Part shown: positions 8,415-17,998 of the stretch, in pieces | How positions within the stretch are numbered: position 1 is the first letter of the stretch | Layout: every line of letters starts with the position of its first letter | Assembly (NCBI RefSeq): GCF_000214175.1 | Contig: NC_015561.1 | Location: forward strand, 74,746 to 106,745 | Direction of reading: 5' to 3' | Length of the DNA stretch: 32,000 nucleotides | DNA from: Hoyosella subflava DQS3-9A1 | Lineage (GTDB): Bacteria; Actinomycetota; Actinomycetes; Mycobacteriales; Mycobacteriaceae | Position numbers and translations under genes: made by a program | The notes under the pieces: model-generated | Databases searched by the model: none | Told to the model about the DNA's origin: nothing | What the model saw: the letters and a program-made list of their open reading frames with translations, nothing else

Positions 8415-8735
8415 ATGACGGAACAGGCAGAGAAGCGCACCTCGCCCGTCGCGCCGGCAACCGAGGGTAAGCTGCGTGAGGCGATGCGGCGACTCCTGAC
8501 CGGGACGGCGACCAAGACCGAGGGCCGCCTGACCAAGGCGAACCTGCACGTCGAGGCGGGGTCAGCCCGCCACCATGAACCGGGCAACGCAGATCACCGC
8601 CGAATGGGACGCCGCCGTCACCGACGCGGCGCCCCGAGAGGCTAAGTACACCAAGCTGGAGGAAGAGATCCAGACCCTCAGACGCACCGTCGCCCGACTC
8701 CGCGAGGAGAATTCGGCCCTGCAGAAGAAAACCAG
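8415..8735 (+). pseudogene. Frameshifted small HTH/coiled-coil gene remnant
   Basis: Frame 1 reads MTEQAEK...[17 protein letters not shown]. This continues sensibly only in another frame as (T)[15 protein letters not shown]...[26 protein letters not shown], a switch near 8571-8577 in the run ccgccacc. The second frame then runs without a stop into hsdM, which creates the artificial 932-aa ORF in the track. Confidence 0.3.
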
Positions 8736-8970
8736 GCCACGATGGCGGTGTTCGCCGACCAACGCGCCCAACTCCTCGCACTCCCAGAGCAGAAAAACCG
8801 ACAGAGTCGGTCGCAGTCCTGTGTGGCCATCGCCAGAAGCGGGAGCGCGGCGCGGCATGAGACCGCGATACAGCCCGCGACGCGACAGCGCAGGGCCGTG
8901 CCCCACACCCGGCCAACCACCACAGCGCGACACCTATACTTTAACGACCCTCACCAGCAAGGATTCCTCT

Positions 8971-11373
8971 ATGGCCCGCCTGACCTTGCCGCAGCTCGAA
9001 CGGCACCTCTTCTCGGCGGCCGACGTGCTGCGCGGATCGATGGAGGCGTCGGCCTACAAGGAATACATCTTCGGGATGTTGTTCCTGAAGTACTCGTCGG
9101 ATCAGTTCGAGGCTGAGCGTGAGAAGGTCATCGCCGACCAGCTTGCCAAAGGGCGTGATCAGGCCGAAGCCGAAAAGCGGGCTGAGAACTCGTCGTTCTA
9201 CAAAACCTTCTACGTCCCCGAACGTGCCCGCTGGCCGTATCTGCGCGACCACGCACACAAGCAGGTCGGTGACGAACTGAACAAAGCACTACAGGCCCTC
9301 GAAGAGCGCAACCCCGCCCTCGATGGCGTGCTTCAGCACATCGACTTCACCCGCAAGGTCGGGCAGTCGCAGATGTCGGACAAGAAGCTGCGCGAACTCA
9401 TCATGCACTTCAACAAGGAATCCTTGCAGCAGAGCCGCTTTGAGTTCCCGGACCTCCTCGGTGCCGCATACGAATACCTGATCAGTGACTTCGCCGATTC
9501 AGCCGGAAAGAAGGGCGGCGAGTTCTACACGCCCCGCTCGGTTGTGCGCCTCATGGTGCAGATCGCCGACCCACAAGAGGGCATGAGCGTCTACGACCCC
9601 TGCACAGGCTCGGGTGGCATGCTGATCCTGTCCAAGGACTATGTCGAAGAGAACGGCGGCAACCCCCGCAACCTTGCACTGGCCGGGCAAGAGAAAGACG
9701 GTAGCGTCTGGGCTATTTCCAAGATGAATTTGCTGCTGCATGGCATTGCTGACGCCGACCTGCGCAACAACGACGACGGCACGCTCGAAGATCCTGCCCA
9801 CATTCAGGGCGGCGAGCTGATGCGTTTCGATCGCGTCATCACTAACCCGCCGTTCTCGCTGAATTACAGCAAGGACGCCATCCCGTTTCCTGAACGCTTC
9901 CGCTATGGCTATACCCCTGAGTCCGGCAAGAAGGCCGACCTCATGTTCGTCCAGCACATGCTCGCCGTCACCCACACCGACGGCATGGTCGCCACCGTCA
10001 TGCCGCACGGCGTGTTGTTCCGCGGTGGTGATGAGGGTCGTATCCGGTCGGGCTTGCTTGACGACGACATCATCGAAGCCGTCATTGGCCTCGGCCCGTC
10101 CTTGTTTTACGGCACCGGCATTCCCGCCTGCATCCTGATCCTGCGCCACAAGGGCTCCAAGTCCATCGAACGGCAAAACAAGGTGTTGTTCATCAACGCT
10201 GACCGTGAGTACCGCGAAGGTCGCGCGCAGAACTACCTCGAACCTGAGCACATCGAGAAGATCGTCTCCGCGTACCGCGAGTTCGACGACATCCCCGCGT
10301 TCGCCAAGGTCGTCAGTCGCCAAGACCTGAAAGAGAACGACGACAACCTCAATATTCGCCGCTACGTCGACACCACCCCACCCCCAGAACCACAGGACGT
10401 GCGCGCCCACCTGCACGGCGGCATCCAGAAGACCGAGGTGGCCGCTAAGTCAGAGCTGTTCACCACCCACGGCCTCAATGTCGACGACCTTCTGGTCGAA
10501 CGTGACGCCGACTACCTCGAATTCGTGGCCACTATCACGGCCAAACGTCAGCTCAAGGAACTGATCGAGACCAACACTGGGGTCACGGGAGCCGAGACTG
10601 CCGTCACCCGCGCGATCGAAGCCTGGTGGAAGACCGAACGGCACTGCTTCACGGAGCTCGAGGCGACCTCGGACCTGATCGACCTCCGCAAGCAACTGGT
10701 CTCCACTTTCCAGACGACGCTGCAACCCGTCGGCATGCTCGACCGCTTCCAGGTCAGCGGCATCATCGCCAGCTGGTGGGGTGACAACCAAGCTGATCTC
10801 AAAACGCTGGCCAACATTGGATTCAAAGGCTTGATCGACGCCTGGGTCAGTACCGTGCTCGACGCTCTCGCGGAGGAGAAGGCGAAGGTCGACCCACTTG
10901 ACCACAAGGTCGCCCGCGCCCTTTTGCCCGAGTACCTCGAGGGCTTAGCGACGATCGAAGCTGTAGTTGCCGAACTTGATTCGACCATCAAGGCTGCCAC
11001 GGCCAAACCCGACGATGACGAAGCCGACGAAGCTCCAGAGGAACTATCGCCCGCCGAGCTCAAGAAGCTGAAGGCGCAACTCACGGCCGCTAGGAAACAA
11101 CTGAAGGCGGACAGAGCCGGGTTCGCGCAGAAGTTGAGCGATGCTAGTCAGGGACTCGATGACTCTACTGCACGCGAACTTGTCCTCGATTTGTTCCAGA
11201 CCAACATCCTCACCGTGGCCGACCAACGTGTCACCCGACATAGGCGAAGCATTGTCGACTCGTTCGAATCTTGGTGGGACAAATACCAAGTAACGCTCGC
11301 CGATCTTGAAGCTAATCGTGATTCTGCGGCCGAAAAACTTGCCGGGTTCCTCAAGGAGCTCGGATATGAGTGA
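8971..11373 (+). CDS. hsdM: Type I restriction-modification system, methyltransferase subunit HsdM (long form, 800 aa)
   Basis: ATG 8971 lies 7 nt after AAGGA. The N-terminus [41 protein letters not shown] is a typical HsdM N-terminal domain. Motif [10 protein letters not shown] is at 9595-9621 and motif IV NPPF at 9844-9855. About 270 extra C-terminal residues are helical/coiled-coil (...[28 protein letters not shown]...). Confidence 0.9.
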   Translation: MARLTLPQLERHLFSAADVLRGSMEASAYKEYIFGMLFLKYSSDQFEAEREKVIADQLAKGRDQAEAEKRAENSSFYKTFYVPERARWPYLRDHAHKQVGDELNKALQALEERNPALDGVLQHIDFTRKVGQSQMSDKKLRELIMHFNKESLQQSRFEFPDLLGAAYEYLISDFADSAGKKGGEFYTPRSVVRLMVQIADPQEGMSVYDPCTGSGGMLILSKDYVEENGGNPRNLALAGQEKDGSVWAISKMNLLLHGIADADLRNNDDGTLEDPAHIQGGELMRFDRVITNPPFSLNYSKDAIPFPERFRYGYTPESGKKADLMFVQHMLAVTHTDGMVATVMPHGVLFRGGDEGRIRSGLLDDDIIEAVIGLGPSLFYGTGIPACILILRHKGSKSIERQNKVLFINADREYREGRAQNYLEPEHIEKIVSAYREFDDIPAFAKVVSRQDLKENDDNLNIRRYVDTTPPPEPQDVRAHLHGGIQKTEVAAKSELFTTHGLNVDDLLVERDADYLEFVATITAKRQLKELIETNTGVTGAETAVTRAIEAWWKTERHCFTELEATSDLIDLRKQLVSTFQTTLQPVGMLDRFQVSGIIASWWGDNQADLKTLANIGFKGLIDAWVSTVLDALAEEKAKVDPLDHKVARALLPEYLEGLATIEAVVAELDSTIKAATAKPDDDEADEAPEELSPAELKKLKAQLTAARKQLKADRAGFAQKLSDASQGLDDSTARELVLDLFQTNILTVADQRVTRHRRSIVDSFESWWDKYQVTLADLEANRDSAAEKLAGFLKELGYE

Positions 11374-12547
11374 CTGGCGGACGACCACACTAGGTGAGAT
11401 CGTCGACGTGCTCGATTCGCTGCGTTGTCCGATCAACTCAGAGGAACGAAGTAAGCGCCTCGGCGACGTGCCCTACTATGGGGCCAACGGTCAGCAAGGT
11501 TGGATCGACAAACCGCTATTCGACGAGCCGCTAATTCTGCTGGCCGAGGATGGTGGGAATTTCGACGATTATGCACGAAGGCCGATCGCGTATCGAATTA
11601 CTGGACCATCCTGGGTCAACAACCACGCCCATATCATTAGAGCCGTACGCGGAAATGATCAAAACTTCGTGTACTGGAGCCTAGTCCATCGCGATATCCG
11701 CCGGTTCATCTCGGGCGGTACACGAACCAAACTTACTCAAGCGGAAATGCGTTCGATCGAGCTCAAAATCCCCGAGTACGAGGAGCAGCGGCGGATCGCG
11801 GAGATCCTGGACACGCTGGACGACCAGATCCGCGCCACCGAGCAGATCATCGCGAAGCTCAAGCTTGCTCGGGCAGGACTAATGGCTGATTTGGTGGAGC
11901 GTGACGATCACCGGCATTCGGATCGACACTGCATCGCCGATTTGGTGGCACCAGGCCAGTTTGGATCTGCAATCGGTCCCTTTGGAAGTAATTTGGTAGC
12001 CTCCGACTATCGCAATTACGGAGTTCCCGTGGTCTTCGTCCGCGATATTCAATCCGGGGTATTCGATAGTAAAAGTCAAGTATTTGTTTCTCCGCGCAAG
12101 GCGCGCGAATTAAATTCCCATCGGACCGACCCGGGAGATGTGCTAGTTACCAAAATGGGCGATCCCCCAGGTACTGCGGCGCTTCACCCGGCAGATTTTC
12201 CTTCTGGCGTAATAACTGCGGACATAATTAGGATCCGTCCGAATGGCAATATTGTTCTCCCTGAATGGCTGGTTATGTACATAAACTCACTACCAGTCAA
12301 GCAGCAGATTGGAATGATTGCAGCCGGTGTGACCAGGCAAAAGCTCACCCTTGCCGACTTTCGAAAAGTCACAATTGCACTACCTGGCATTGATATACAA
12401 CATCAAGTAGCCGAGAGGGTCGCTTCCGCTGATCACCTAATCGCCCAAGAGAAATCCCGTCTTGAAAAGTCGCAGATACTCAAGGTGGGACTCATGTCGG
12501 ATCTGTTGGCAGGTCGAGTCCGTGTACCTCTGGAGGCTGCCTCGTGA
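11366..12547 (+). CDS. hsdS: Type I R-M specificity subunit HsdS (393 aa, two target-recognition domains)
   Basis: ATG 11366 overlaps the hsdM stop (ATGAGTGA) and lies behind GGAG. Two TRD-like halves are separated by the conserved helical spacer ...[43 protein letters not shown]... The second conserved helix reads ...[43 protein letters not shown]. The tracked start at 11306 lies inside hsdM and is not preferred. Confidence 0.9.
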   Translation: MSDWRTTTLGEIVDVLDSLRCPINSEERSKRLGDVPYYGANGQQGWIDKPLFDEPLILLAEDGGNFDDYARRPIAYRITGPSWVNNHAHIIRAVRGNDQNFVYWSLVHRDIRRFISGGTRTKLTQAEMRSIELKIPEYEEQRRIAEILDTLDDQIRATEQIIAKLKLARAGLMADLVERDDHRHSDRHCIADLVAPGQFGSAIGPFGSNLVASDYRNYGVPVVFVRDIQSGVFDSKSQVFVSPRKARELNSHRTDPGDVLVTKMGDPPGTAALHPADFPSGVITADIIRIRPNGNIVLPEWLVMYINSLPVKQQIGMIAAGVTRQKLTLADFRKVTIALPGIDIQHQVAERVASADHLIAQEKSRLEKSQILKVGLMSDLLAGRVRVPLEAAS

Positions 12548-15500
12548 CTTCCGGCGCCGAATACACGGAGTCCGAGAAGCCGCTACTGGATCAGCTGATC
12601 AGCCTTGGTTGGCTCCATATCGAAGGTTCGAAGTCCGATCCTGGTGTGACTGGCCGTGAGTCGTTTCGAGAGTCGCTCGTCGAAACGACTCTACGAAAAA
12701 TGTTGCGGCAGATTAACCTCGGACCCGACGGCGAGCCGTGGCTGGATGATTTGCGCCTGTCGGAAGCCGTCTCTACCTTGACGCGCACCGAAACGGGCAA
12801 GTTGATCGAGATCAACGAGCGCATGACTGATCGTTTGCTCGAAGGCGTCTCGGTGCCCGGGCTGCCCGATTGGGATCAGGGCCGCAACCAGCGTGTGAAG
12901 TTCATCGACTTCGATCATCCCGAACGAAACGACTTCCTCGCAGTTAATCAGTTCCGGGTCGATGAACCTGGCGGACAAGCCAAGAAGTTCGTTGTGCCGG
13001 ATGTCGTGCTGTTCGTCAATGGCATCCCACTGGTGGTGATCGAGTGCAAAAGCCCGTATGTCACCGACCGTATGGCGGCGGGCATCAATCAGCTGCGCCG
13101 CTACGCTAATCAGCGCGACCTGGGTGCTCCAGAAGGCAACGAGCGACTGTTCTGGACCAATCAGTTCGTTGTCTCGACCTACGGGGATAAAGCACGCGTC
13201 GGTACCTTCACTTCGGGGGCCGAGCACTTCCTGGAATGGAAGGACCCCGCACCGCTGAGCCGCGATCAACTGGCTAAGCAGCTCGGCAAGCCCACAGCGG
13301 AACTGACCGGGCAAGAACTCTTGGTTGCCGGAATGCTCACCCCAGTGAATCTGCTCGACATCGTTCGTCACTACACGCTGTTCACCGAGTTCGGTGGTAG
13401 ACGGGTCAAGCTGGTAGCTCGCTATCAGCAGTTCCGAGCCGTTAGCAAAGCACTCGTTCGTCTCCGCACCGGCAAAACCCGCAAAATTGACGGTGAGCAT
13501 GACCGTCGCGGTGGGCTGGTCTGGCATACCCAGGGGTCGGGCAAGTCCCTGACCATGGTGTTCCTGGTGCGTGCGATGCGGTCCGACCCCGCATTGCGAG
13601 CTTTCAAGGTTGTGATCATTACCGACCGTACTGACCTGGAAAAGCAGTTGGCCGCGACAGCCAAGCTGTCGGGCGAGGCGGTTCAGCGGGCCCGAAAGTC
13701 GTCCAAGCTGCGCACTATGTTGGCCGAGCACGGTCCCGCCCTGGTGTTCGCCATGATCCACAAGTACCGCGACACCGATGCCGCCAATTCCGATGAGGGG
13801 CTTGAGGGTGACGACAAGGCCGAGGCCTTTGGCGTACTTAACACCGATGAGTCGATCGTGATCATGGTCGATGAGGCGCACCGTTCCCAAACCTCCACCT
13901 TGCACGCCAACCTGATGGCGGCACTGCCGAACGCCGCCAAGATCGGCTTCACCGGTACACCGATCATGCGCGCTGGCAAGAAGCGCACCGAATCGGTCTT
14001 TGGTGAGTTCATCGACAAGTACACAATCCGCCAGGCAGAAGCCGACGGTGCAGTGGTCCCGATCTTCTACGAAGGGCGCACAGCAAAGGGTGCGGTGGCC
14101 GGCGGCAGTGACCTCGATGAATTGTTTGAGGATATGTTCGCCGAGCTCAGCGATGCTGAGGTCGAGGAGCTCAAGGCCCGCTACGCCACAACTGGGGCGG
14201 TGGTCGAAGCGCCCAAACTGATCGCAGCGAAGGCGAAGTCAATGCTGTGGCACTACGTCTCGACGGTCATGCCGAACGGATTCAAAGCGCAGGTCACCGC
14301 GTCGAGCCGACTCGCGACGGTGCGCTACCGCGAAGCGCTGATCGCTGCGCGCGACGACCTGGTCGCGCAGATTGAGGCACTGCCAGCCCCTCTGCTCAAC
14401 GCTGATGCAGACGTCGACCAGCTTGACCGCAAGACCCAAGTTCTCGTGCGAGCCGCTGACCAGTTAGAACTGCTCAAGGCACTTGAATTCGTTCCGGTGA
14501 TCTCGGGCAGCAACAACGACGATCCGACGTGGGCGCAGTGGACAGACAAATCACGCCAGGACGCGGTGATCGAGGACTTCAAAAAGAAGCTGGGGTTGCC
14601 CGGCGAGAAGGCCAGCCCGGTCGCATTCCTGATCGTGCGAACAATGCTGCTGACCGGATTCGATGCACCTATCGAGCAGGTTCTCTACCTTGACCGCTCA
14701 ATTCAAGACGCGGAACTATTACAGGCCATCGCCCGTGTGAACCGCACTGCCACCGGCAAATCCGTCGGACTGCTTGTCGATTATTACGGCGTCGGTGCGC
14801 ATCTACAAAAGGCGCTCAGGGCCTATGCGCCAGAAGATGCTGACGATGCGATCGGTGCGCTGGCATCGATCAAAGACGAACTGCCGAAGCTGCGTGACCG
14901 TCACGCACGGGTCATCGCGATCTTCGCTCAGGCTGGAATCGACACATTCGATACTGCACAGGACGTTGAGGCGTGTGTCGAGGTCTTAGCCGACGAGGCG
15001 CTCCGCGCTCGATTCGGTGTTCGGCTCAAGGAGTTCCTATCGACGATGGACACTGTCATGCCGCGTCCCGAGGCCCTGCCGTTCGTCAAGGATGCCAAGC
15101 GGTTAGGCGTCATCTCACTGGCGGCCAAACGGCGATACCGTGACGACGGGCTTGGTGACTTCGACAGCTCGCTATTCGGCGAGAAAGTGCGGAAGTTAAT
15201 CGACGAGCATGTCACCGCGCTTGATATTGCCACGAAAATCCCGCCGGTATCGATCACTGATCCCGACTTCCTCGCCAAGGTGCAGGGTCTTACGTCCGAG
15301 AAGGCCAAAGCCTCGGAGATGGAGCACGCGCTGCGGTACCACATTCGCAAGAATTTCGATGAGGACCCCGCCCGTTACACCAAGCTTTCCGAGCGGCTCG
15401 ACGACATCCTCAACACTCTCACCGGCAAGTGGGACCAGTTGGCCCTGGCGCTTACCGAACTCCTCGATGACGCGCAGGACGACAGCAGCGGCGGCGCCGT

Positions 15501-15816
15501 CCACGAAGACCCGCTGGTTGCGCGGTTCTACGGGTTGCTTGAAGCTGAGTTCGCCACCGATGCGACACTGCCCGACGAGGTGCGGATCGACATTGTTCAC
15601 CTCGCCCAGGACATCGTCGTCGAAATCGAACGAGGCGCGAGCATCGTGCGTTTCTGGCACAACCCGCACGCTCAGGACACACTGCGCAAACAGCTGATCC
15701 ACACACTTGATGACCGCGACCTGTTCCCGTTCGAGGAACAAGAGCCGCTGGCCGACAAGCTGATGGAACTCGCTAAGGCGAACCAGTCGTTGCTCACCTC
15801 CCGGAGGCGGCAATGA
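12544..15816 (+). CDS. hsdR: Type I R-M restriction/helicase subunit HsdR (1090 aa)
   Basis: GTG 12544 overlaps the hsdS stop (GTGA). Walker A GSGKS is at 13534-13548 (WHTQGSGKSLTMVF) and the DEAH box at 13870-13881 (MVDEAHRSQ). Later helicase motifs include ...LLTGFDAP... and ...QAIARVNR... Confidence 0.95.
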   Translation: MTSGAEYTESEKPLLDQLISLGWLHIEGSKSDPGVTGRESFRESLVETTLRKMLRQINLGPDGEPWLDDLRLSEAVSTLTRTETGKLIEINERMTDRLLEGVSVPGLPDWDQGRNQRVKFIDFDHPERNDFLAVNQFRVDEPGGQAKKFVVPDVVLFVNGIPLVVIECKSPYVTDRMAAGINQLRRYANQRDLGAPEGNERLFWTNQFVVSTYGDKARVGTFTSGAEHFLEWKDPAPLSRDQLAKQLGKPTAELTGQELLVAGMLTPVNLLDIVRHYTLFTEFGGRRVKLVARYQQFRAVSKALVRLRTGKTRKIDGEHDRRGGLVWHTQGSGKSLTMVFLVRAMRSDPALRAFKVVIITDRTDLEKQLAATAKLSGEAVQRARKSSKLRTMLAEHGPALVFAMIHKYRDTDAANSDEGLEGDDKAEAFGVLNTDESIVIMVDEAHRSQTSTLHANLMAALPNAAKIGFTGTPIMRAGKKRTESVFGEFIDKYTIRQAEADGAVVPIFYEGRTAKGAVAGGSDLDELFEDMFAELSDAEVEELKARYATTGAVVEAPKLIAAKAKSMLWHYVSTVMPNGFKAQVTASSRLATVRYREALIAARDDLVAQIEALPAPLLNADADVDQLDRKTQVLVRAADQLELLKALEFVPVISGSNNDDPTWAQWTDKSRQDAVIEDFKKKLGLPGEKASPVAFLIVRTMLLTGFDAPIEQVLYLDRSIQDAELLQAIARVNRTATGKSVGLLVDYYGVGAHLQKALRAYAPEDADDAIGALASIKDELPKLRDRHARVIAIFAQAGIDTFDTAQDVEACVEVLADEALRARFGVRLKEFLSTMDTVMPRPEALPFVKDAKRLGVISLAAKRRYRDDGLGDFDSSLFGEKVRKLIDEHVTALDIATKIPPVSITDPDFLAKVQGLTSEKAKASEMEHALRYHIRKNFDEDPARYTKLSERLDDILNTLTGKWDQLALALTELLDDAQDDSSGGAVHEDPLVARFYGLLEAEFATDATLPDEVRIDIVHLAQDIVVEIERGASIVRFWHNPHAQDTLRKQLIHTLDDRDLFPFEEQEPLADKLMELAKANQSLLTSRRRQ

Positions 15817-16541
15817 ACCCCGGCGTCATGACGCTGCGCCTCGACGGGATGTCCGTACCGGTCGACACCGGAGGCAGCAGCCGCAAAGCGAAGCTCACCA
15901 TCGACCGTGATGGCAGCCTGCGCCTGACCGCAGCCCCTGACGTGGAACGCGCTGAGCTGGAGCGATTTTTGGCCTCCAAGCGTGCATGGATCTACGGCAA
16001 GCTCGCCGAGAAGGAAGCTCATAGCCACACGCCCGTCACCAAGGAGTTGGTCAGCGGCGAGGGCTTCCTCTACCTCGGGCGCAGCTACCAACTCCGCATC
16101 ACCGACACCGATGATCACCGCGTGAGCCTGCGGCGCGGCAAGCTGATACTTCCGCGATCGCTCAGCGATTCCGGCCATCAGCACATCATCGCCTGGTATT
16201 GCACGACCGGCCTCGCATGGCTCAAACCGAGAGCCAAGGACTGGGCTGCCCGCCTCCGAGTCGACCCGCAAGCGGTCGAAGTCGCTGACCTCGGCAACAA
16301 GTGGGGAGCCGCACTCCCCAGCGGCCGTGTGCGCATCCACTGGGCAACAATGCAACTCCGCCCCACGCTGGTCGAGTACGTCCTCGCGCACGAACTAGCG
16401 CATCTTCGCGAAGCACATCATGGGCCTGCGTTTTGGCAGCTGCTCGGTCGGGTCATGCCTGACTATGACCAGCGCAAGAAGCAACTCGCCGACACGGGGG
16501 CTTCCTTGTGGCAAGGACATGCGGATCTCCGCAGCTCGTGA
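15813..16541 (+). CDS. YgjP/DUF45-type (M48-like) zinc metallopeptidase, 242 aa
   Basis: ATG 15813 overlaps the hsdR stop (ATGA). HELAH is at 16389-16403 within ...EYVLAHELAHLREAHHGPAFWQLL... This family is a frequent accessory gene downstream of type I hsdR. Confidence 0.8.
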   Translation: MNPGVMTLRLDGMSVPVDTGGSSRKAKLTIDRDGSLRLTAAPDVERAELERFLASKRAWIYGKLAEKEAHSHTPVTKELVSGEGFLYLGRSYQLRITDTDDHRVSLRRGKLILPRSLSDSGHQHIIAWYCTTGLAWLKPRAKDWAARLRVDPQAVEVADLGNKWGAALPSGRVRIHWATMQLRPTLVEYVLAHELAHLREAHHGPAFWQLLGRVMPDYDQRKKQLADTGASLWQGHADLRSS

Positions 16542-16651
16542 GGCGTGCGAGCCGCGACGCGGGGTGAGCCGCTGCGGTCAGCCGCCGAAACGTGAGCCAA
16601 CTCAGGCCAGACGGTCGGCTTACGGCGCAATGCATACTGCCCCTCTGTGAT

Positions 16652-17146
16652 TTACCCATAGGTTGCAGCTAGCCCTAGAGCAGCAACACCGATGGGTGCG
16701 AGGCTCATCGATATTTGCACGGCCCGGTGCTTCGCCCAGGCGATCTTGCTCATGTCAACTAGCTGCTTTGACAGCACGGGCAGGATAGGGCTGTTCTCCA
16801 GGTGTGCTTGCACAGCGTCAGGCGTCAGTTCTCGCAGGTGCCCGAAGTAAATGAAGTTGTTCTGCGACTCTTTAGCGAGATTCGTCGATCGGAGTCGCGG
16901 GCGGACCACCCATGCTGCAGATGCGACCGCTGCTACAAGCAGCAAGACACCGATGACGTACCAGAACAGCGACCATCCGGTTAGATCGCTAAACACGCGG
17001 CCCTTGCTCGACAGCGCAACTACTCCGGCTAGAACGGCGCTCTCGATCGTTAGGGCGAACGATGCCTTCGTGTCCACTTTGCCGGTCCAGTCGATCAGTG
17101 CCGAGTGGATCCTCCAGCCGGTGCCAACCGGGTCGGAACTGCTCAT
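16652..17146 (-). CDS. pycTM: Pycsar-type small transmembrane effector (164 aa)
   Basis: ATG 17146 overlaps the cyclase stop (ATGA, 17143-17146); the tracked TTG 17158 is less likely. The N-terminus ...HSALIDWTGKVDTKASFALTIESAVLAGVVAL... has the D.KA-type start of the Pycsar effector family. Hydrophobic helices are at FALTIESAVLAGVVAL, LFWYVIGVLLLVAAVASAAWVV and ISMSLAPIGVAALGLAA. Confidence 0.65.
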   Translation of the reverse strand: MSSSDPVGTGWRIHSALIDWTGKVDTKASFALTIESAVLAGVVALSSKGRVFSDLTGWSLFWYVIGVLLLVAAVASAAWVVRPRLRSTNLAKESQNNFIYFGHLRELTPDAVQAHLENSPILPVLSKQLVDMSKIAWAKHRAVQISMSLAPIGVAALGLAATYG

Positions 17147-17874
17147 GAGAATTTCCAAGAGTAGCTGGTCCGGTAGTAGTCATAGTTCTTGCCACCCATT
17201 GTGAGTTGGCAGGTGCCTTTCCACATTTCTTTGCCGTCTGACAGTCGGTGCGATTGCGACAGTCTGCCGTAAGTCCCTTTACCGATTCGTGTGACATACC
17301 CGGCTGCTGCGTTCGCGCGAATGTCGCTCAGCTTGGCTGCTAGGTTGGGCGCTGGCCCGATCGAGATCATGTCATCACTGCCCCGAAACCCTGCGCGAGC
17401 AAGGAGAGTCTCGCCTGTGGCGATTCCGCTGCACTGTTTTAAGGTCCACCCGGCGGATTTGAGACTTGGAAACTCGGAGTGAACTGCAGGTGTGACAAGT
17501 TGGTCGACCGCCCACTTAATTCTCATGGCGGCTTTAACGGCACGGTCTTCCTTGTTTTCTCCCGTGAAGATGCCCATTACCCGATCGCCGTCGAAGCTTC
17601 GAATGTGACCTTCGTGAAAGCGCATGATCTTGGTGCTGACGTTGAGAAAACCTCGGAATACCCGTGCTGCCGCTTCCTTGTCGCCGATCGCGGCGAGACC
17701 CGAAGAGTTGAGCATGTCCGTGTAGAGGTACGTGGCAGAAACCAGCTTTCCCTCTGCAAAGCCCAGGTCGGTCGCCTCCGGCACTGAGGTGCTGGACTCC
17801 TGCTTCTTTGAAACAGACATCACCGGCTTGATCGTTTTGGCAATCTGCGCGTTTACATCGTCCAGCAAACCCAA
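17143..17874 (-). CDS. pycC: Pycsar-type class III nucleotidyl (pyrimidine) cyclase, 243 aa
   Basis: TTG 17874 lies 5 nt after GGAGG. Cyclase-homology features: ...VSATYLYTDMLNSSGLA... (first metal Asp), ...IRSFDGDRVMGIF... (second metal Asp) and ...CSGIATGETLLARAG......ISIGPAPNLAAKL... It is a small stand-alone cyclase directly coupled to a small TM protein, which is the Pycsar architecture. Confidence 0.7.
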   Translation of the reverse strand: MGLLDDVNAQIAKTIKPVMSVSKKQESSTSVPEATDLGFAEGKLVSATYLYTDMLNSSGLAAIGDKEAAARVFRGFLNVSTKIMRFHEGHIRSFDGDRVMGIFTGENKEDRAVKAAMRIKWAVDQLVTPAVHSEFPSLKSAGWTLKQCSGIATGETLLARAGFRGSDDMISIGPAPNLAAKLSDIRANAAAGYVTRIGKGTYGRLSQSHRLSDGKEMWKGTCQLTMGGKNYDYYRTSYSWKFS

Positions 17875-17998
17875 GGCTTCCTCCTCTATCCAGGCTGGTT
17901 ACGCTAGTGCAAGACTCTGACATGGATGCCTTACCCGGGCGCCACGCAAACGGAATCGAGCTGGCCCCGGTGTGGGTGCTGGTAATGGGGAGTGTGAC

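Noticed and set aside
8062-8916. 284-aa minus-strand ORF
   Set aside because: Arg/Pro/Gly-rich, low-complexity translation typical of an off-frame read in GC-rich DNA. It overlaps the methylase fragment and the HTH remnant and has no recognisable motif.
8575-8970. N-terminal 132 codons of the tracked 932-aa ORF that fuses into hsdM
   Set aside because: The HsdM-type N-terminus ([14 protein letters not shown]...) begins at ATG 8971 behind AAGGA. The upstream in-frame stretch is Arg/Pro-rich after a short coiled-coil block and belongs to a frameshifted remnant, not to hsdM.
12691-13905. 404-aa minus-strand ORF inside hsdR, with similar shadow ORFs at 9499..10416, 10548..11084, 15196..15813 and 15672..16391
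   Set aside because: They are antisense to genes with unambiguous R-M or peptidase motifs. They have no motifs of their own and the composition of shadow frames.
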